A stretch of DNA of 64,000 nucleotides. Origin: Octopus vulgaris (taxonomy: Eukaryota). Of this stretch, positions 43,091 through 53,789 are shown one piece after another (the stretch's first letter is position 1; each line of letters starts with the position of its first letter). The DNA lies in NCBI GenBank assembly GCA_951406725.2, contig OX597817.1:37014001-37078000 (forward strand), in the 5' to 3' direction. Position numbers and translations under genes: made by a program. The notes beneath the pieces are model-generated. The model worked only from the letters and a program-made list of their open reading frames with translations. It ran no database searches and had not been told where the DNA came from.

Positions 43091-44066
43091 AGATGTGGAA
43101 CATCTCCGTTCTCCTGACTACTATTAATATTAATATATATATATATGTACATATAATAGTTGACCTTTTCCGTCGTGGTCGACGGTATTGCTGAGACTAA
43201 GACTAACTCAAAAAACTGTATTGTCTGAGTTGTTGTTTCCTGAAGCATGCGCGTGTAGCGCCAGGTATGACTTATCACTCTCCGATTATGAATACTGCAC
43301 GAAAGAAAGATGAGTCGATGGGTTTGCAACATCTGCATCTATGGATTTTCTGTAACGGTTTATTCCCTCAGCCCTTTTTGAAAATTTCAGTTAAAAAATT
43401 GGGTTTTATTCTAGGGTTGAAAGAAGATGTTATTTGAGGAAATTTGAGATATATGTGGTTATCGCTACATATATGTAAACCCACTGTACTTCCTGCTGAA
43501 TATCAATCATGTCAGCTACACAATTCTTTCCTGGCTAAGTATAAGAACAAATCTGAACACTTTAAAATTGCAGCTTTCTACTTCTAAGTCTTGAACTTAT
43601 TGGTGTTGACTTAAGTTTACTTAATAATTGAGAAGATACCTAGAATAACATTTTATTTCAAGAACCCATGTCTCTTGACATTTGAATCTTCCTGAATAAG
43701 ATATTTTTACGAGCAAATTATTTCAAAATATATTTAGTTTGTTCATTCTATCAGTATACTAGTATACCTGATGTTACTATTGTTATTTTTGTTGCTGTAA
43801 ACGCTTGTCTATAGTATTTACAACGTTTTTTTAATATACAAGTGATCTATGCATGAAAATACTATTGTTTATCAGTTTTAATAGACAAGAGTTAAAATAT
43901 ATGTGAAGCAAGTTGAATTTACAACTCAGCAGTGGTCCTGAAATACACTTCCAACTTTAATTTGCAATCACCATTAGAAATGTATGGAAGCCACTACTTA
44001 ACCACTTTCCCAATCTTATAAACATAAGAATTCATAACTATTTCAGTTATACTTGTTGAAAGCTTA

Positions 44067-44270
44067 GGGCGGTGAATTAGAATATTCGGGAGAGGGCTGT
44101 TTATGATGGTTATTCACGCGTTTTAAATATCTGAATTCAAATGACATCAGATTCGACTTTATCTTTTATCTTTCCTTAGTAAATAGTATAAGTACCAGTT
44201 AAATACTATGGTCGATATTATTGATTCTTTCTTCCCTCTAAATGTGTGACCGCGTACCAATATTATAAAT
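44067..44270 (+). mobile_element. SINE family B, old copy
   Basis: TTCGACTTTATCTTTTATC..TAAGTACCAGTT..GGTCGAT. Confidence 0.55.
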
Positions 44271-44494
44271 CAATATCTATTGAATTTTGGATGAGCACAA
44301 CAGAGTAAAGAAAAGCATTTCCAACTAGGTTTCGATTTCTGTTGAAAATTTTCTGGTGAAATTACATTCTCGAAATGAAGATAATTCAACGTCACATCTT
44401 TAGAGTTTTTTTCTTTCTTTCTTTTTTTTTCTTTTATTATTTTTCATTAAAAACTTGAAAATGTGAAATGTTTATTTTTGGAAGCTGCTTGTAT

Positions 44495-44530
44495 TTCTAA
44501 CGATGTCTTACTTTCTATTTCAGGTAAGTA
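44495..44530 (+). other. Candidate recursive splice site (branch point, polypyrimidine tract, CAG|GTAAGT)
   Basis: TTCTAAC-gatg-TCTTACTTTCTATTT-CAG|GTAAGTA. Confidence 0.6.
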
Positions 44531-45364
44531 CCAACTCTCAGTATGTTATGTGATCTTCACTGATGTTTCCAAGTATATATCAATTCTTCGAACAAGAAAG
44601 CTGCTTGGTTGGTCCATCTTCTTATATTTCAAATATTCTTACATTTTTTATAAGAATATGCTTTATTTCAATTTAGAATTTTATACGTGTGTATTTTATT
44701 ATATATTTCAATTTTTTTAGTGTTCATTTACATATATTACATACATACATGTACGTTCTTTCAGATCTAAGAAAAAGATATATAAATGGTAATCGATAAT
44801 TAGCACCTCATTGATATATATATATATATATATATTCTTGCTGTGGTTTCCAGTTTTACAGTATATTTCTACTATTGCTTCAATTTGCCATGGATGTCAA
44901 TTACAATTTATCTATACTTTAACTAGCACCAAAACATGCTATTGCATTTTCTATAGTATAATACTTTTCTACTTACTCCAATTGATTTTTTCAATTTCCT
45001 AAATTTTTACTCTTCTGTTATCTTTCACCCGAACTACTACTGACTCATGTGCTCTGAATGATACCTTTTGTCTACACTTAACACTATATGCATACTATTA
45101 TTATCCCTTATCCTCTTTTCATTCTCCCTGACCCACAGCTACTTTCTTTCACCAAACACGATATTCAATGCGTCGAACTCAATCCTAATAATCTGTAACA
45201 CTTATGTCACATTCTTGCACACTGAACTACCCACACAGCTTTTCTGTTCTTCTGTTCTCTTTCATTTTCCCATTGTATACTGAGAGCATGCCCTCACCAT
45301 CACTTTCTCCTTCTCTCCTTCCCTTACATTTTTAAATGTTTACCCACCTCAAATGAAGTGTCTT

Positions 45365-45525
45365 GTCTTCCAAGCACTTGATGACATCAGTAATGTATGT
45401 ACTATGGAACAAAGCATCCAGTACACTCCGTCAAATGGTTGACGTTAGGAAGGGCATCCGGCTATAGAAACCATGCAAGGCAGGCATGTAGGATGAGAAA
45501 ATAGGACGTTAAATGATGATGATTA
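45365..45525 (+). mobile_element. 3' tail fragment of a SINE/LINE ending in (GAT)n, RTE-tail-like
   Basis: GTTGACGTTAGGAAGGGCATCCGGC..GGACGTTAAATGATGATGAT. Confidence 0.5.
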
Positions 45526-45813
45526 TACACTTTCACTTACTCCCATAATACATCATTCCTCCGACGATTTACGTCACTTCAAGTAAAACAATGGAAAGAA
45601 TAGAAATTTATCACTATTTATGATGCAAACAATCTTGGATCGGTTTGCTAAATCATAACATTACAGTTTCTGTGTCAAAAGGAATAAGCATTCTACACTG
45701 ATGTGGCGTTGATAAAAACTTGCCATAAGAATTTCGTCTTCAGCTCACCGACAGAAAAAACTGTATGTTACCCAGTCTCGTTTTTGATGTTAATGTTATA
45801 AATGTTAAATGTA

Positions 45814-46027
45814 GGCGTAGGGGTGGCTGTGTGGTAAGTAGCTTGCTTACCAACCACTTAGCTACGGGTTCAGTCCCATTGCGTGGCACCTTGGTCAAGT
45901 GTCTTCTACTATAGCCTCGGGCCGACCAAAGCCCTGTGAGTGGATTTGGTAGACAGAAACTGAAAGAAGCCCGTCGTGTATATATATATGTAAATAAACT
46001 CAATCTGTTTCTTAAACGAGGGACATA

Positions 46028-46066
<39 letters not shown>

Positions 46067-46255
46067 TAAGTAATTAAGGGTTTAGCAACGATTTGCCTCA
46101 CCACACACCGAATTTAGAAATAGCAGTCAAAGCAGTCAAACCCTTAATTACTTAGTATTACTTAAACTTTCCTCGAAAGGGGCTTTTACATGCCGAAATC
46201 TACTTGGTGAAATTAATGATTATTCCAAATTAATTAATTTCACCCTATATTATTA

Positions 46256-46350
<95 letters not shown>

Positions 46351-46532
46351 TCCCCCGAACATCGCTTGTCAACCGATGCTGGTGTGTTTACGTCCCGTAA
46401 CTTAACGGTTCGGCAAAAGAGAACGAAAGAATAAGTACTAGGCTTCCAAAGAATAAGTCCTGTGGTCGATTTGCTCGACTAAGGGTGGTGCTCCAGCATG
46501 GCCACAGTCAAATCATTGAAACAGGCAAAAAA
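45814..46532 (+). mobile_element. SINE family A split by insertions in its internal microsatellite
   Basis: 5' half at 45814-45977, 3' half at about 46340-46532. Confidence 0.8.
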
Positions 46533-47148
46533 GTATTGTTACTAAAAGCACACTTTTCTATATTTTCTAAAGTCCTAATTATCCTACAATTGCATAGCCT
46601 TCCATGAAACCCTTCATCCGCAATTCTAACACAGCAAAATTATGCAAATAGATTGAATAATTCATTTCCGACTACTTTTATGAATGCTGTCTGAAGCTAC
46701 ATTTCTGTCCATCGCTTCCTTGCTCCTCATCAAGTAAGCGATACTCTTGATGAGGAGGAAATAAGTTTTGACCGACTTCAAACTGGTCTCTTTACCTGGC
46801 TATAAAAGAAACAAGTTTAAAGATTAATCATGTTATCTACTATTTTTAATGATGCTAAAACAATATTTAGTAAGAAAAAAATATATATAAAAAGAAACGG
46901 ACACGACTCACTGTTGAAAACGGGTTTCTCTCCGCTTCACTTGAAATCCGTCAGTCAAGGTGAAATATGTGTGGATGGAGAGGGAGACAGAGAGAGAAAG
47001 AAAGAAAGTGAGACATAGATTCAGAAAAAAAAAAGAAAAATGGTAACGAACTGCTACATTCTGTAACTTCTAAAGAGGAAAAAAATGAACTCATTACGTG
47101 TATAAATAAACATAACGTATTTATACACACATTGTGTGCGTGCGTATC

Positions 47149-47184
<36 letters not shown>

Positions 47185-47193
<9 letters not shown>

Positions 47194-47363
47194 AACATCG
47201 CTTGACAACCGATACTGGTGTGTTTACGTCACCGTAACGTATCAGTTACGATAAAATGAGTACTAAGCTTACAAGGAATAAGTCCTGGGGTCGATTTGCT
47301 TGACTAGAGGCGGTGCCCCAGCATGGTCGCAGTCAAACGACTGAAAGGAGTAAAAGAATAAAA

Positions 47364-47365
<2 letters not shown>
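47185..47365 (+). mobile_element. SINE family A, 3' half
   Basis: CAACATCGCTTGACAACCGAT..GCAGTCAAACGACTGAAA. Confidence 0.8.
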
Positions 47366-47397
<32 letters not shown>

Positions 47398-47479
47398 AAA
47401 TGAAGAAAATGCTGACAAAATCAATTTAATCGCTGAAGGGAGAGTGTATTTAATTTTAGGTTCGAAAGTTCTTTTACAC

Positions 47480-47678
47480 TGGCTAAGCGAGCAGGCCAAT
47501 CAGAAAAATAGTTTTTAGAGAAAGAGTGGTGAAAGAGTGGATCACCACCCCTGCCGGAGCCTCGTGGAGCTTTTAGGTGTTTTCGCTCAATAAACACACA
47601 CAACGCCCGGTCTGGGAATCGAAACCGCGATCCTACGACCGCGAGTCCGCTGCCCTAACAACTAGGCCATTGCGCCTC
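47480..47678 (-). mobile_element. SINE family C
   Basis: Reverse complement of the family C head and body. Confidence 0.8.
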
Positions 47679-47689
47679 CACCCCCACTT

Positions 47690-47799
<110 letters not shown>

Positions 47800-48102
47800 A
47801 GGATTTATTATGTGCATTAGATGTTTCAATATTTTCATTCTGGTTCCCGAATTTTAAACCTGTATTTGTATATGAACAAGTGTGTGTATGTGTGTGCGTG
47901 CTAGAAAATTGTTATAATGTACGTTAGACATATAAATCTCACTATTGTGTGCATAACATTTCCTGACAAGTGATGATGCCTTCAGAGCATTTCCTGATTA
48001 ACGATGTTTCAATTGTTCTCCTTTTTGTCACATCTGAGTAATTTATAAGTCCTTCTGGTCACCACCTTCTCTCTTCCACCCTTTCCTCTATTTCATACAC
48101 TA

Positions 48103-48153
<51 letters not shown>

Positions 48154-48470
48154 CAGTTTCAGTCACCTTCTCTCTTCCCCCTCTCCACATTCTATTTCCC
48201 CTAGTCGTCTTCTTTTTGTTGTTCCAGTAGTAAAAATGCTAAGAGAATGACATAAACTAGACTTCATAGGTATGTTGTATGTCCTGTGCTTTTTTCCGCA
48301 ATTATTTTCTCATCCTCAAGACTTTCTTGTATTATTCTTTACTTATTACACACCAATGCATCTTAGCTTATATCGTTCTCTATTATTTTTACAGCATTTC
48401 TGTTTAATAAACTAGATTTCTGTCTACCTCAATCATTTTCTGCCTCACACACTCTCGTTCGCTTCATCAG

Positions 48471-48519
<49 letters not shown>

Positions 48520-48633
48520 GAAAGTTCTTTTACTAAATAACTGTTCTTTGAATTTGATTACCTCTGTAGGCGATAATAATATTTATGTATGAACGAATGT
48601 ATGTGTATTCATAAGCATGCGAGTGTCTGTATA

Positions 48634-48681
<48 letters not shown>

Positions 48682-49016
48682 AGAGAGAGAGAGAGGGGGT
48701 AGGATTTGTATGAACAACTAGCTCAATCTTAATCTCGATCAATCATATCTTTTCGGCGCCTCTACTAGATTTAACTCTCATTTCTTGTTCCCTGTATATA
48801 TATATATATATATATATAGTGCACTACGTAGATAAATCACTTTTCACGCACTTAATACTTCATATAGATTCATTACGCAAATTTTCATCCCATATCTCAT
48901 CTTTCATCACCTCCATCCGACATTATGTCTTTTAAATTCTTTATTTTCACAATTCATTATATTTAAGAAACTCGTACATACTTTTCTACGAAAATTATTA
49001 AAGGAAAATGACAATA

Positions 49017-49058
<42 letters not shown>

Positions 49059-49629
49059 CGTATGTATGTATGCTTCCTCACTCTTCCATCATTTTCAGTT
49101 TTTCTTCCTCAACTTTTCTCTTTCGTTCTCTTCTCTTCTCACTCTCAGCCTCATTCTCTCTTCTCACCTTCTCACTCCATTCTCTTTCTTGCTCGTATTG
49201 TCCCTTTCTCTTCCCAATCAGTTTCCATGTCTCCCGACCCTACCAGTTACACGCAGTATCATCCATTTGATTCTCTACTTATATTACTACTATCCCACTT
49301 TTCAATTGTCGTTTTATACCAAGCCGGCAATTAAGGAAGCCTCGTGGGTTTCATCTCATTCCTACTTCCTTTAGTTCTCTACCGCATATTGTACTTTACT
49401 GTGACAAAGGGTAAAGAAGAAACATTGAATCCTTTTCCATCTCTTTTCATTTGACTTAAGTGTTTTCACAGTGTACCTCATGTAATTAAAATTATTTCGC
49501 TTTACATTTCTTCTCTTTGTCCATCACGTCTTTACTTACCTGATTCCTATAAATTTTATGAAATATGTGAATTTGTGCGTGCGTGTCTATTGTATTATAT
49601 ATACATATACCCACTCACTGAACTATCAC

Positions 49630-49729
<100 letters not shown>

Positions 49730-49764
49730 CAGATAGATAGATATATGTACATATACATGCATAT

Positions 49765-50104
49765 ATGGGTACAGGGCACACAAAAAAAACTGGACAAAAT
49801 GAGATATGAGAACATAGAAAACAAAAACATAGAAAACGAACATTTTTTCCGAACAAGGAAAGAAACAAACAGAGAAACGAGACAGGCAACATAAAAAACA
49901 TTCCTTTCATCAGTTGTCCCCTGTTTTATCTACTCCGTGTTTCGAAGGTAGGGACAAGACACGACTTAATTACAACATTCCTTCTCGTAAAGCAAATTAA
50001 ATAAAATTAGGGATTTTTTGCGGAGGGTTAAAGTGGTGACAAAACAAGACAGTAAAAACAAACGGTAAGGGATGTTAAACCAAGACGAGGTGAAGTGGTG
50101 AATG
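49765..50104 (-). mobile_element. Short microsatellite-associated element carrying a permuted HHR
   Basis: Begins ATATATGGGTACAGG, as does the related terminus at about 59051-59160; a similar terminus lies in opposite orientation at about 1218-1315. Confidence 0.55.
49903..49963 (-). ncRNA. Non-circularly permuted hammerhead ribozyme candidate
   Basis: CGTGT-C-TTGTCCCT-a-CCTTC-GAA-ACACG-(about 14 nt)-GGGGACAA-CTGATGA-AAGG. Confidence 0.78.
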
Positions 50105-50249
50105 GTAAATTAGATTGCATTAATTACGAGCCTTGAGAAGAGACAGGCAAAAGCACGTCTTTAGGAAGGAAGTGGAAGAAAGAAAGATAGATAGATAGCA
50201 GTTGGTCAAGTGAGTGTGTGTGTGTGTGTGTGTGTGTGCGTGTGAGAGA

Positions 50250-50282
<33 letters not shown>

Positions 50283-51742
50283 GGAATGGTGAAGAGGAGA
50301 GGAGAAGAATAGAGAAAGGGTGAGAGAGAAAAATCCAAGGAAAATAGGGATGAATACATCCAATCTTTCACTGGCTCCACTGTTAGAAACTCAATTTTGC
50401 AGAGAAAACCTTACAAATCGCATGGGTATCTATTAAATTTATAATAGTGAGTAGAAAATGGAGACATATATAACAATTGCCTATTCAAAAATTAGAATTT
50501 TTAATTTATCAGCATAATACTATATCATATTATATTCTTATAATAATATAACATAATATAATAAATATTATATATAAATTACATACAAATGTTTCCGTTC
50601 ATGCCCATAATAAAATTATAAAAATCTATTGTTTTTTGGGCAATAATCTCCTTAGTGTAATTTTTTGTATGTGGGGTTCACAGATCCAAGAAAAGACTGA
50701 ACTTAAATATATTTGTTTACAAGCGTGAGCGTAAATAATTAAAAACAAACACAAGAATAAGAAATAAACTTATATAACGGTCATAAAATATAGTTGTATT
50801 CTATTAAGTATTTTAATCTAAATATATCTTAGCGCATTATTTTATTTAAATACCAGGAAGAATTTCTTTTTAATATTTAAGAAAAAAACCATGGCTAAAT
50901 AAGAAATATCCCTTTCATTCATTCATATTATTAAAAAAATATATGTTTTAATAATAACAATGCGCTATTTATCTATAGGTAAATAGCAAAATAATATATC
51001 TAAAATACTATATCATCTCTAGTCAAATATGAAACAGTATTGTAAATTAGATTGCATTAATTATTTATAATAATCCTTACTAAAAATCAACGATTAGTAC
51101 TTAAACATAATGTAGTTTATATAAGAAAGAAACTTTCTAAAAAAATATCGTAATAACATTATAACCGTAGAAATTAAATAAAAGCTGAATTAATAATAAG
51201 GTCTTCATAAAATCCTTTTGACAATTATTCATTTCCATACTAAAATTACTGCTAAAATTATATTAAAATTCAAATTACTTACTTAGGTTTTTTAGAGGAA
51301 AAATCTCATCGTAATGTTTATATGGATTAATACTTATGGAAGAATCGAAAGGACGTAATTTCACAAAAGTAATTTACAAAGTATGTTTTGAATATAGAGT
51401 AGAATAAATTTGATTTATGCAAGAATAATTTTAATCTATACTATTTTTTTACATAAATAAATAGGAATTTCTTATTTTCAGGGGAAATAATTCACTTTAA
51501 ACTAATATGATTTTAGTTCAATGCTTCCATAATATTATACTAAGAATATATAATATTTAGAATTGGCACTAGTATCAGATTTGATATAAATTAATATAAT
51601 TACATTTAAGATAATTTAATATAGAATAACTTTAAAACTTCCTAAAGATTTCAATATCATTATCATAATTACTCTTTTCCTAGACTAAAATTACTTATTC
51701 TGTTATAGGCATATAACATATAGTAATACTTATAATGCACAT

Positions 51743-51777
<35 letters not shown>

Positions 51778-52055
51778 ACTATAGACACACATACATGCAT
51801 ACGTAGATACATATACGCATATATACACATTTCAATTTTTAAAATTTAAAACCTGCTAACTATTTAAAATAATTATAGCTAATATAAAGTTATAATATAT
51901 AATGGAATTTAAATAAAAGTTATAAGATAATTTACTCACAATATACTTTTAGATTACTTAATAAAATATTGACAATAAGTAAATGATTCCAATCGATTCA
52001 CTAAATAAGAATAATATTATACATACGTATACATACACTCATATATATACATACA

Positions 52056-52117
<62 letters not shown>

Positions 52118-52150
52118 TATACATATAAACACGTACACACATACACACAT

Positions 52151-52365
52151 AGGAGGAACTACAACCGTGTTTCGTGGTCTGCTACCACAACAGCTCCTTT
52201 ATAGGATCCAGCTAGCTCAAGACATCATCAGGAGGAACCACGTCCAATTTCGTCCACTCCTCTACCATCTTGGTGTGGCGCCCCATCCTTTCGGAGGTGT
52301 CCAGCTCTACTCATGTCCTCTCTTCTCTCTCTCTGTTTCCTGGCCTCTTCGATGTATCGAGTGTC

Positions 52366-52366
<1 letters not shown>
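52151..52366 (-). mobile_element. Short microsatellite-flanked element carrying a permuted HHR
   Basis: GC-richer island between TA/CA tracts. Confidence 0.5.
52220..52267 (-). ncRNA. Non-circularly permuted hammerhead ribozyme candidate
   Basis: TGGT-A-GAGGAG-t-GGAC-GAA-ATTG-(7 nt)-TTCCTC-CTGATGA-t-GTCT; stem III is mostly G-U pairs. Confidence 0.6.
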
Positions 52367-52398
<32 letters not shown>

Positions 52399-52447
52399 CA
52401 TTCATATATATATATATTATATATATATATATATATTTACATATACA

Positions 52448-52493
<46 letters not shown>

Positions 52494-52769
52494 CATTCAT
52501 ATATATATATATTTACATATACATTCATATATATATATATATATATATACATACATACATATACATACATATATACATATACATACATGGATACATCTAC
52601 ACACACACACATATATATATGTATGTATACTAAAGATTCTAAAAATTATATAACAATATTACATTTATTATCTAAAGTAGATGATACTTTAATACCCAAT
52701 AATCCTCCAAATAATCAATTCAGTTTAATTATATTTTCTCAACACATATTTTGAGGATTGTTTACTAGA

Positions 52770-53125
52770 TGGACATTCTCATGTCTGTCGTTAAGAAGTT
52801 TCCTTTTATTTTTTAATGTTAAAATTTGATATATTTCCTCGACACATTAGTTACATCTATTATCAGCAATTTTATAAGATCTAGCATGACTATTTGTCAT
52901 TTAAGGATATATAATTTATTATTATCGTTTGACTTCCTTATAAATTTAGCTCATTTTTGTTTCTAAAAGTATATTTATGGTTTCCAATACGTCGTTTAAT
53001 ACAATTTTCAGTTGACCCAATGTAAAAATAGCTATTTACTTCAGATTCTACCCGAAATCTCTATATAAGGTTATTTTGAATAGAAATAATTTTGAACTAA
53101 CATTTATCCTTAAACTTACAACCAT
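52770..53125 (-). pseudogene. Decayed GIY-YIG endonuclease of a second PLE lineage
   Basis: NNLI*RFRVESEVNSYFYIGSTENCIKRRIGNHKYTFRNK; upstream GCKFKDKC; C-terminal RHEN; not in the ORF track. Confidence 0.75.
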
Positions 53126-53789
53126 AGTGTATGTATTGGAATAACATAGAATAACATATATTCGAATAAGTGGCGTTGCAAGCTGGTCTAAGTGTTCACA
53201 CACCATTTGTCAACAAGTGAGATATATTATCCGTGACAAAACGCAGTGAGTAGCTTGTTCCCCAGTTTGAACGTGCATCATGCATATTCGGACTGATTGC
53301 AATTTCACTAATCACTGTTTAGCGTTCCTCTTCATTTACATATCATAAGTACAACTACATGTAAAGAAAAGAGAACTCAGAACACTGTAATTATTTATAA
53401 TTGGAATTGGGTGAGTCAATAGAGCACGATGGCAAACAGTTTCATCCCTGTACGGGAATTATCAGATGAATCAAGGAACGAAGCTACCTGTATATGAATG
53501 AAGTCACTGGTCCTTTGGGCTATTTAACATTTCAATTCATTTAATATGATCAATCTCTGTCTTATTTATCAAATTGGTGTTTATAATATCCAATCCCTCT
53601 CTCTCCTCTCTTTCTTTCTTTCTTTATTACTCTCTCTCTCTCTTTCTCTCTTTATACATACATAAATATACACACACACACACACACACATATATATATC
53701 TATATATATATATAGTTGACATTTATAGAAAAACAAAAGACGAACGCAGGTATATGAATAACAAGCAAACTGCTTGTTATTCATACAAG

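Noticed and set aside
48420-48472. CTGATGA..GAAA on the minus strand next to (TA)n
   Set aside because: No convincing stems I-III in either segment order
49533-49560. Minus-strand AG-GAATCAG-GTAAGT microexon or recursive site
   Set aside because: No adequate polypyrimidine tract or branch point
50400-51720. Very AT-rich block with faint PLE-like peptides (TVIKYSC, YDFSSM)
   Set aside because: Could not reconstruct a consistent frame; needs tBLASTn or HMM support
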